Assembly: GCA_027460535.1 (NCBI GenBank)
Contig: JAPZAR010000007.1
Span: forward strand, 60,001-92,000
From: Candidatus Methanoperedens sp.
Lineage (GTDB): Archaea > Halobacteriota > Methanosarcinia > Methanosarcinales > Methanoperedenaceae
Reading direction: 5' to 3'
Length of the DNA stretch: 32,000 bases
Shown: positions 25,518 to 32,000 of the stretch, piece by piece
Position numbering within the stretch: position 1 is the first letter of the stretch
How the letters are laid out: the number at the start of each line of letters is the position of its first letter
Made by a program: the position numbers and the translations under genes
The notes under the pieces: model-generated
Told to the model about the DNA's origin: nothing
Seen by the model: the letters and a program-made list of their open reading frames with translations, nothing else
Databases searched by the model: none

Positions 25518-26546
25518 ATGGCAAAGATAAGGGCAGGAGTACTGGGTGCTACAGGCAATGTTGGCCAGCGATTTATCGAGATGCTGAGCAAACATCCCTG
25601 GTTTGAACTTACATCACTGGCAGCCTCTGATAGAAGTGCAGGTAAGAGATACGGCGATGCTGCAAGCTGGCGGCTTGAAAGCAAGATCCCGCTGGATGCT
25701 GCAGATATGACCGTTGTACCTGTCGACCCCAGGAAAGTCGATGCAGATATCGTTTTTTCAGCGCTTCCTGCCGATCTTGCCAAAACAGTGGAACCCGATT
25801 TCGCAAAAGCCGGTTTTGCTGTTGCAAGCAATGCCAGTGCCATGCGCATGGTGGAGGATATTCCTCTCGTCATCCCTGAAGTGAACGAGGAGCATCTCGG
25901 GCTCATCGATGTCCAGCAGGACAGGCGAAAATGGGACGGCTACGTGGTCACAAACCCTAACTGCACAACTATTATGATGACAGTGACACTAAAGCCGCTC
26001 ATGAAATTCGGGATCGAGAAGATATACCTGGCATCAATGCAGGCGATATCAGGCGCGGGATATGATGGTGTGGCTTCAATGGCCATACTGGACAATGTGA
26101 TCCCGTATATCGAGAAGGAAGAGGAAAAAGTTGAGACCGAAACCAGAAAGCTCCTCGGGGAATTTAACGGCAGCGAAATCGTCGATGCACCGTTCAAAGT
26201 GAGCGCAAGCTGCAACAGGGTGATGGTTATGGACGGCCACACTGAGGCAGTGTGGGTTGAAATGACAGATGATCCCTCGCCTGAAGATGTTAAACAGGCA
26301 TTCCTTGATTTCGACCCGGGATTGTCGGATTTGCCGACAGAACCCACACCTGTGATAGAGGTCAAGGAAGAAAAAGACCGCCCTCAGCCGCGTATGGACA
26401 GGAATATCGGAGGCGGGATGACCGTTTCGGTCGGCCGCATCCGCCCCGGGATACGCTACATCTGCATGGGGCATAATACCATCAGAGGCGCTGCCGGCGC
26501 TAGCGTCCTGAATGCAGAACTTCTAAAAAAGAAAGGAAAACTTTAA
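25518..26546 (+). CDS. asd: Aspartate-semialdehyde dehydrogenase
   Basis: '[19 protein letters not shown]' is the NAD(P)-binding start. 'VTNPNCTTI' carries the active-site Cys. '[19 protein letters not shown]' is the conserved C-terminal block. The start is set at 25518. The ORF-track start at 25428 would overlap the ferredoxin gene and adds non-homologous residues. Confidence 0.9.
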   Translation: MAKIRAGVLGATGNVGQRFIEMLSKHPWFELTSLAASDRSAGKRYGDAASWRLESKIPLDAADMTVVPVDPRKVDADIVFSALPADLAKTVEPDFAKAGFAVASNASAMRMVEDIPLVIPEVNEEHLGLIDVQQDRRKWDGYVVTNPNCTTIMMTVTLKPLMKFGIEKIYLASMQAISGAGYDGVASMAILDNVIPYIEKEEEKVETETRKLLGEFNGSEIVDAPFKVSASCNRVMVMDGHTEAVWVEMTDDPSPEDVKQAFLDFDPGLSDLPTEPTPVIEVKEEKDRPQPRMDRNIGGGMTVSVGRIRPGIRYICMGHNTIRGAAGASVLNAELLKKKGKL

Positions 26547-26729
26547 CTATTCCCGGAGATCCGGCGGCAGCATGTTAGGAATGCCGTCGTCGATGGGATA
26601 ATACTCCTTGCATTTCCCGCAATAAAGCGTTCCTTTCACTATCTCTTTTTCATTCTCTTCCGAGACTTCAAGTACGAGGTCTCCTTTACACATGGGGCAG
26701 CACAGGATATCCATAAGGTCTCTTTTCAT
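26547..26729 (-). CDS. Trm112-family small zinc-ribbon protein
   Basis: The 60-aa sequence 'LMDILCCPMCKGDL...LYCGKCKEYYPIDDGIPNMLP' matches the Trm112/YbaR pattern (L..L.CP.C...L ... C..C...YPI.dGIP.ml). Confidence 0.8.
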   Translation of the reverse strand: MKRDLMDILCCPMCKGDLVLEVSEENEKEIVKGTLYCGKCKEYYPIDDGIPNMLPPDLRE

Positions 26730-26783
26730 TTTATTTGCACCTTTTTATTCCTTAAACGCCCCTTTTATTATCAAGTTATCGGT

Positions 26784-26794
26784 AATTATAAAAG
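26784..26794 (+). promoter_or_regulatory. TATA-box-like element for the RNase P RNA gene
   Basis: AATTATAAAAG is centred about 25-30 bp upstream of the inferred 5' end of the RNase P RNA, the standard archaeal TATA-to-start spacing. Confidence 0.45.
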
Positions 26795-26814
26795 ATAACA
26801 CGCCGTTTAATCGC

Positions 26815-27122
26815 GCGAGAGAGGAAGGGCGGCTACCGGCGGCAACGCTGAGGAAAGTCCCCTCACCATCTGGACCGCGGACACATGCAAGTGTGTAGGG
26901 TGAGAATCCTGGCTCTGGAACAGAAACGATACCGCTGCGCAGAAATGCGATGAGCTCGAAAGAGCGAGGTCATGCGTATTGCGGATGGAACGGCGAATCC
27001 CCGCGGGTGCAAGCCGAAATAGGACAGAAAGGGCAGTCCAGACCTGTCCGAGTACGGCGCATAGCTGAATGCTGCACGGCATTGCCCCTTGCGCTGAACA
27101 TAAAGGGGCTTACTCTCCTCAC
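26815..27122 (+). ncRNA. rnpB: RNase P RNA, archaeal type
   Basis: The universally conserved CR-I 'GAGGAAAGTCC' is at 26850-26860. CR-V-like 'ACATAAAGGGGCTTAC' is at 27098-27113, and its GGGGCTT pairs with AAGTCCCC to form P4. 'TAGGGTGAGAA' and 'ACAGAAA' are conserved-region-like elements. GAGAG at the 5' end can pair with CTCTC at the 3' end (P1). The ends are approximate to about 5 nt. Confidence 0.88.
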
Positions 27123-29947
27123 TCAAACTTATTCTGGGAACAGAAGATTTTTGCTCTTTCGAGATTTCTTGAAATTACCCGATAAGCCTCAGGAAATTCC
27201 TCTTTTGAATATATTTTCAGCGCCTCTTCATAAGCGTCGATTGATTTCTTGCAGTTCTCAGCTTTGTTCTCTACCTCGGCAAGAGTTCCATAGGCAGTAC
27301 CGAGATTGTTCTGCGTCATTGCATAGTCCATTGGGAAACGGTCAGGTGTTCTGACTTTGAGCGCCTCTTCATAAGCGTCGATTGATTTCTTGCAGTTCTC
27401 AACTTCGTTCTCTACCTCGGCAAGAGTTCCATAGGCAGTACCGAGATTATTCTGCGTCATTGCATAGTCCATTGGGAAACGGTCAAGTGTTCTGACTTTG
27501 AGCGCCTCTTCATAAGCAGCAATTGATTTCTTGCAGTTCTCAGCTTTGTTTTCAACCTCGGCAAGAGTTTGATAGGCAGCACCGAGATTGTTCTGGGTCA
27601 TCGCATACTGCATAGGGAAGCGGTCTGATGTATAGACTTTCAGCGCCTCTTCACAAGCAGCGATTGACTTCTTGCAGCTCTCGGCTTTGTTCTCAACCTC
27701 TGCAAATATTCGATAGGCAGTGCCGAGATTGTATTGAATCATGGAATACTGCATGGGGAAGCGGTCTAGTGTGTAGTCCTTCAGCGCCTCCTCATAAGCT
27801 GCAATTGATTTCTTGCAGTTCTCAGCCGTGTTCTCTACTTCAGCGAGTATTCGATAAGCATTGCCGAGATTGTTCTGGATAGCAGCATACTGCATGGGGA
27901 AGCGGTCTAGATTATAGACCTTCAAGGCTTCCTGACAAGCTGCAATTGCTTTCTTGCAGTTCTCAGCCGTTTTCTCTACTTCAGCAAGCGTTCGATAGGC
28001 ATTGCCGAGATTGTTCTGGGTCATTGCATAACCCATAGGGGAGAGGTCTAGTGTTGTAACTTTAAGAGCCTCTTCATAAGCTGCAATTGCCTTCTTGCAG
28101 TTTTCAGCTTTGTTCTCAACCTCTGCAAGTAGTTGATAAGCATTGCCGAGATTGTTCTGGGTAGTAGCGTACTGCATAGGGAAGCGGTCAAGTGTATAGA
28201 CTTTCAGCGCCTCTTCACAAGCAGCGATTGATTTCTTGCAGTTCTCAGCTTTGTTCTCAACCTCTGCAAATATTCGATAGGCATTGCCGAGATTGTTCTG
28301 GGTCATCACAAAATCCATAGGGTAATCCTTAAAAGTATAGACTTTCAGCGCTTCTTCAAACGCTGTTATTGCTTTCTTGCAGTTCTCAGCTTTGTTCTCA
28401 ACCTCTGCAAGAGTTTGAAAGGCATTGCCGAGATTGTTCTGGATACTAGCATAGTCCATAGAGAAGCGGTCTGGTGTATAGATTTTCAGCGTATCCTCAA
28501 AAATTACTATTGATTTCTTGCAGTTCTCAGCTTTATTCTCTACCTCGGCAAGAGTTCCATAGGCAGTACCGAGATTGTTCTGGGTAGTAGCATACTGCAT
28601 GGGGAAGCGGTCAAACGTTCTGACTTTAAGCGACTCTTCGAAAGCTGCTATTGATTTCTTGCAGTTCTCAGCTTTGTTCTCAACTTCAGCAAGTGTTCCA
28701 CAGGTAATGCCTAGATTGTTCTGGGTGGTAGCATACTGTATGGGGAAGAGGTCAAGTGTATAGACTTTGAGCGCTTCTTCATAAGCAGCTATTGACACCT
28801 TCATATAATATTTTTTATTAATGTCTACTATTCCAATACCATAAGCTCTATTTCCAAGACTGAACAAAGCCTCTGCATCACCCGAAAAGAAGCCAGCGAT
28901 TTTCGTGAAAAAGCTGATTCTGTCTGCTTCAATTCCATCAGGCTCTATTACAGAGTCAAGATATGCTTCTTCTGCCCAGATGACTTCATCGTTTATAATT
29001 TTTATAAAATTCTTTTTTTCAATATTCGAAAATAGAACATCTATTCGGTATTTCTCCAAGTTTATACCGAACAAAACCTTGCCAAGATGAAGAATTCGTT
29101 TTATAGAAAATTTCTCTTTTTCTTGATAAATCCCTGCTTTGTAAAGTGACCTTATGCTCTTTAGAACTGCTTTCTCTTCTGGACTGCTTTCTCCGAACCT
29201 TGCTATCATTATATCGAGAGGCATTACAAGCGAACCTATTTTACCATCAAATTCTAATGGTTTCCACTCGACCCCTATTTTCGCTGCAATTTCTTTTCCT
29301 TTTTCATCTGGAATTTCTTCCGGAAAGCTTATACTGTTCTCTTTCTTAAATAAAGAGTTGAGCCACTCCATCTTTTGCAATTTTTCAAACTCAATACCTG
29401 AACGGCATGAAGCGATTATAACAGCTTTATTTTTAAGAAACTCTTCAACCAGATACCTAAAATTTTGTTTTTCAATGAATTTATCAATATCATCCAGAAC
29501 AACTATGGTTTTTCTCCAGAAAGTAAGTTTGAGTGGTACTTCAAATTTTTCTAAATCAATATCCTGAATTCTTGGAATTATAACATTGGAAACAGGATTC
29601 ATGGTCTTAAGGGCTTCATAAATCGCTCTCGTTTTTCCAGAAAGCGGCGCACCGACAACCAAAACATGATCTCCGTTATCAATTACTTTTTTGAGCGACC
29701 GGTATTCATCTAATTCATAATATGCAAGCATGGGTCGCCTGAAAAGATCTTCTGGTTTAATGGAACTGGATTTTTTCCCATGAACTACATAGATATTATT
29801 CAAACGTTTGTATTCATTGATAGTAAAACTTACAAGATATGCATAGGCAGAAATTACAGCAATTAGAATCGCTACAGAAGCTTCCACATGGTTGCGAGAA
29901 AATTCTAAGATTGAATAGATAATATTACTTACCACATTTCGCTCCAT
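27119..29947 (-). CDS. Membrane-anchored P-loop NTPase (AAA+/STAND-like) with eleven 47-aa TPR-like repeats
   Basis: N-terminal TM 'ASVAILIAVISAYAYLVSFTI'. Walker A 'GAPLSGKT' (aa 99-106, nt about 29630-29653). Walker B 'IVVLDDID' (aa 148-155). A helical middle region of about 200 aa follows. Then 11 tandem units of consensus 'FPMQYAMTQNNLGNAY..LAEVENKAENCKKSIAAYEEALKVYTLDR', where NLGNAY/..Y.EAL are TPR signature positions. Confidence 0.8.
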   Translation of the reverse strand: MERNVVSNIIYSILEFSRNHVEASVAILIAVISAYAYLVSFTINEYKRLNNIYVVHGKKSSSIKPEDLFRRPMLAYYELDEYRSLKKVIDNGDHVLVVGAPLSGKTRAIYEALKTMNPVSNVIIPRIQDIDLEKFEVPLKLTFWRKTIVVLDDIDKFIEKQNFRYLVEEFLKNKAVIIASCRSGIEFEKLQKMEWLNSLFKKENSISFPEEIPDEKGKEIAAKIGVEWKPLEFDGKIGSLVMPLDIMIARFGESSPEEKAVLKSIRSLYKAGIYQEKEKFSIKRILHLGKVLFGINLEKYRIDVLFSNIEKKNFIKIINDEVIWAEEAYLDSVIEPDGIEADRISFFTKIAGFFSGDAEALFSLGNRAYGIGIVDINKKYYMKVSIAAYEEALKVYTLDLFPIQYATTQNNLGITCGTLAEVENKAENCKKSIAAFEESLKVRTFDRFPMQYATTQNNLGTAYGTLAEVENKAENCKKSIVIFEDTLKIYTPDRFSMDYASIQNNLGNAFQTLAEVENKAENCKKAITAFEEALKVYTFKDYPMDFVMTQNNLGNAYRIFAEVENKAENCKKSIAACEEALKVYTLDRFPMQYATTQNNLGNAYQLLAEVENKAENCKKAIAAYEEALKVTTLDLSPMGYAMTQNNLGNAYRTLAEVEKTAENCKKAIAACQEALKVYNLDRFPMQYAAIQNNLGNAYRILAEVENTAENCKKSIAAYEEALKDYTLDRFPMQYSMIQYNLGTAYRIFAEVENKAESCKKSIAACEEALKVYTSDRFPMQYAMTQNNLGAAYQTLAEVENKAENCKKSIAAYEEALKVRTLDRFPMDYAMTQNNLGTAYGTLAEVENEVENCKKSIDAYEEALKVRTPDRFPMDYAMTQNNLGTAYGTLAEVENKAENCKKSIDAYEEALKIYSKEEFPEAYRVISRNLERAKIFCSQNKFE
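27180..28800 (-). repeat. 141-bp tandem coding repeats (about 11.5 copies) inside the NTPase-TPR gene
   Basis: The marker GCGCCTCTTC recurs at 27220, 27361 and 27502 (period 141). Units 27220-27360 and 27361-27501 differ at 4 of 141 positions by manual alignment. More N-terminal units are more diverged. Confidence 0.9.
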
Positions 29948-30066
29948 TTACGTCGTGAAATTATAGCGGTTGTGTTATATAATCTTTATTAAGTGAAATA
30001 TTTGTTACAGTTTCCTTTCCACAGCACAAATCAATTAGCTGAAAAATCAATATTGATTTGACAGAA

Positions 30067-30248
30067 ATGCCAGACGAAGTATTAAAAACGGTTGCAGGGC
30101 TTGATCTGTATTATCTGGTTTTAGATATTCTGATGTTGGTAATAGTGTACCATATGAAGACGTTGATTACGAAGATGCCGAAGATGGAATTAATAAAGAT
30201 GAACAGATAGTAGAGTTATTTAAAGAACGACCACGTAAAGAAGATTAA
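30067..30248 (+). pseudogene. Decayed HEPN-domain toxin gene remnant (C-terminal part, frameshifted) upstream of MNT
   Basis: Two frames together read '...VAGLDLYYL' (frame from ATG 30067), then 'GFRYSDVGNSVPYEDVDYEDAEDGINKDEQIVELFKERPRKED*' (frame open only from 30105). This resembles the '..L..yY...RYP.......y..eeA......a..i...' C-terminus of HEPN partners of MNT. Its TAA (30246-30248) directly abuts the MNT ATG. The N-terminal half to two-thirds of a normal HEPN is absent. Confidence 0.5.
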
Positions 30249-30584
30249 ATGGCATTTGACAGAAAGGTATCCTATTTTTTGAATAAATATCTAGGTAAGA
30301 TAAAATCAATTTACGCACCGGACGAAATGTGGCTCTGGGGGTCAAGGGCATACGGCAGCCCTGGAGAGTACAGCGATATAGACCTTATCGTAGTGTCAAG
30401 AAAGTTTTCGGATATAAAGTTCATACGAAGAATGTACAAGTTCATAGAAACGATTGGATTGCTAGGTGATAAAAATGCGGAAGCGGTTGATGTTTTATGC
30501 TATACTCCTAATGAGTTTGCACGAAAGAGGGAACAAATCAGCATCGTTAATGAGGCAATTAGAAAGGGAATAAGGATTATCTGA
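30249..30584 (+). CDS. Minimal nucleotidyltransferase (MNT, NTP_transf_2 family), antitoxin-type
   Basis: 'LWGSRAYGSPGEYSDIDLIVV' is the G-S-x(9-11)-D-x-D polymerase-beta-type nucleotidyltransferase signature. 111 aa, the typical MNT size. Confidence 0.8.
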   Translation: MAFDRKVSYFLNKYLGKIKSIYAPDEMWLWGSRAYGSPGEYSDIDLIVVSRKFSDIKFIRRMYKFIETIGLLGDKNAEAVDVLCYTPNEFARKREQISIVNEAIRKGIRII

Positions 30585-30714
30585 AAAGATATAAAATCAA
30601 ATGAATCGTGGACGCAGTATTCAAAAGGACAAAGAATGTTTCGATTTTGAAAATAATATGAATGCGGTGCAATATGGGTTCATTTTAATACTCTCAGATC
30701 TTATCTAACATACC

Positions 30715-32000
30715 ATGCCCTCTATCATCGACCCTATCTACGGCCACGTGGGAATAAACAGACTTGAGCAGCTCATCATCAGCACGCCTGAGATGGCGCG
30801 TCTCCGCCGGATACAGCAGCTCGGTCTTGCTGACATTGCTTTCCCCGGGGCGAACCACACACGTTTTGAGCACAGTGTTGGAACACTTTTTATTGCGGAT
30901 AAAATGGCAAAGGCTCTGGGTCTTTCACAGGAGGAGGTAGCAAAAGTCAGGCTTGCAGCCCTGCTCCATGATATCGGGCACTGCGCATTCTCGCATGTGG
31001 TGGAAAGCGTACTTAAACGGAACCCTGCGTACCAGCCTGTGATCGATGGCAGGAGATTTCTGAAACATGAGATGTTCACAAGATACATAATATCTAATTC
31101 ATTTCATACAAAACCAGAAATTGCATCTTTGGTGGTGGATGCCAAATCATTTTTTGAAGAGATCGCAAAAATGGCGACTGGCGATGTCGATGGCCTCTCA
31201 AAACCATATCTTGCCCAGATCATCTCTGACGATCTCGATGCGGACAGGATCGATTTCCTGCTGCGGGATTCGTATCATACAGGGGTCTCCCTAGGACTTG
31301 TAGATGTGGACCAGATCGTAGGAAGCTTATCGCTGAGCAACGGAAGGATAGTTCTGGGAGGCTCACTAAGTTACGATGAGGATATGTCTCTGACTGCGGC
31401 AGAATCCATGCTTATCGCCAGGGCCCACCACTACTCTGCGATAATTCACAACCCGAAAACCCAGGGGGCGAGGGTCATGCTTCTCCAGGCTCTCGATAAA
31501 GCTCTTGCGCGCTACAAAGAAACGGGAAACGACGTAAAAGCAGTGGTACTGAAATTTTTTACCGCCTATACCGACACCGACCTGTTGAATTTCATAGAAG
31601 CTCACGGAGATGCCAGCGCAAAAAATCTGATAGACCATATCCGCCATGCAAATATTTGCAGCGCTGTTGTCCGTTTCACTCACAAGAATCTTAACCCCAG
31701 GACCCGTATGGCACTTTCCACGATCGCAAGGAATGGAGTTGCGAAGAAGATGTTTGAGGAGGAGCTTTCCAGGCGTTTTGCAAAGAAATACGGGGCATCC
31801 GTTCTTGTTGACCTTGATGTTGCAAGCGGGATCCCCAGAAGCACACGGATAAAAATAGGGGATTATGAGGGGTTCTTATATGATGAATCCGCGCTGGCCA
31901 ATGGTCTTGTAAGGGCCATCTCGCGTCAAATATCGTTATGTGTATTCTCAAGAACAGAGGACGACGCCAGGCTTTCTCAGGCCTCTCACGATTTCCTTCT
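30715..32000 (+). CDS. HD-domain phosphohydrolase, dNTP triphosphohydrolase-like (COG1078-type), 3' end beyond window
   Basis: Open frame from ATG 30715 to the window end, absent from the ORF track because there is no stop. 'TRFEHSVGT', 'LLHDIGHCAFSH' and 'DADRIDFLLRDSYHTG' are the H...HD...D metal-binding blocks of SAMHD1/EF1143-like HD phosphohydrolases. Confidence 0.8.
   Translation, partial: MPSIIDPIYGHVGINRLEQLIISTPEMARLRRIQQLGLADIAFPGANHTRFEHSVGTLFIADKMAKALGLSQEEVAKVRLAALLHDIGHCAFSHVVESVLKRNPAYQPVIDGRRFLKHEMFTRYIISNSFHTKPEIASLVVDAKSFFEEIAKMATGDVDGLSKPYLAQIISDDLDADRIDFLLRDSYHTGVSLGLVDVDQIVGSLSLSNGRIVLGGSLSYDEDMSLTAAESMLIARAHHYSAIIHNPKTQGARVMLLQALDKALARYKETGNDVKAVVLKFFTAYTDTDLLNFIEAHGDASAKNLIDHIRHANICSAVVRFTHKNLNPRTRMALSTIARNGVAKKMFEEELSRRFAKKYGASVLVDLDVASGIPRSTRIKIGDYEGFLYDESALANGLVRAISRQISLCVFSRTEDDARLSQASHDFL

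Noticed and set aside
26807-27354. ORFs 26807-27082 (-), 26863-27126 (-) and 26950-27354 (+)
   Set aside because: They overlap the RNase P RNA gene, or lie antisense to the repeat region of the NTPase gene. The conserved RNase P motifs explain the sequence.
27180-28800. Regular 141-bp repeats as a possible CRISPR array or satellite
   Set aside because: There is no repeat-spacer alternation. The whole unit is repeated, stays in frame within a 942-aa ORF and encodes TPR-like helices. No cas genes are present in the window.
30738-31951. Minus-strand and off-frame ORFs (30738-31088, 31366-31683, 31646-31852, 31691-31951)
   Set aside because: All lie within or antisense to the long open HD-phosphohydrolase frame, which has clear H..HD..D motifs.

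Overview
The window looks like an archaeal chromosomal segment. Evidence: an intron-containing tRNA with a bulge-helix-bulge-like junction, an archaeal-type RNase P RNA, two PGF-CTERM surface proteins and TATA-type promoters. A Methanosarcinales/ANME-like euryarchaeon is an inference only.

Housekeeping backbone:
- ArsB-like permease 3' end and tRNA-Gly(CCC).
- ACT-hom-trm5-like operon.
- Response regulator plus multi-PAS histidine kinase.
- Circularly permuted GTPase.
- PurM-like protein, hisH and an aminotransferase.
- A 57-aa ferredoxin that is absent from the ORF track, then asd.
- Trm112-like protein, RNase P RNA, and an HD phosphohydrolase that runs off the 3' edge.

Four accessory or unexplained blocks sit in this backbone:
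1. A visibly AT-rich island of about 3.7 kb directly downstream of the tRNA (about 500-4270). It starts with an iteron-like array (5 direct and 1 inverted 'TTTGACAG' cores plus a perfect 24-bp palindrome). It encodes a 388-aa orphan protein with a C-terminal HEPN-like Rx4H motif, and orphan membrane proteins.
2. A five-gene, same-strand, partly translationally coupled envelope cluster (14631-20630). Its proteins are linked by a chain of shared modules: Kelch propeller, a repeated beta-sandwich-like domain, PGF-CTERM, a PLDc_N-like hairpin, a zinc ribbon and SHOCT-like helices. No function is described for this combination.
3. A 942-aa protein with a TM anchor, a P-loop NTPase and eleven 47-aa TPR-like repeats. 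The repeats are 141-bp units, up to 137/141 nt identical. It lies next to a decayed HEPN gene with an intact MNT nucleotidyltransferase, and the HD protein.
4. Small items: an IS200-type TnpA pseudogene and a 67-aa extremely lysine-rich protein.

No CRISPR array or rRNA was seen. All homology calls come from motif recognition by eye; no searches were run.
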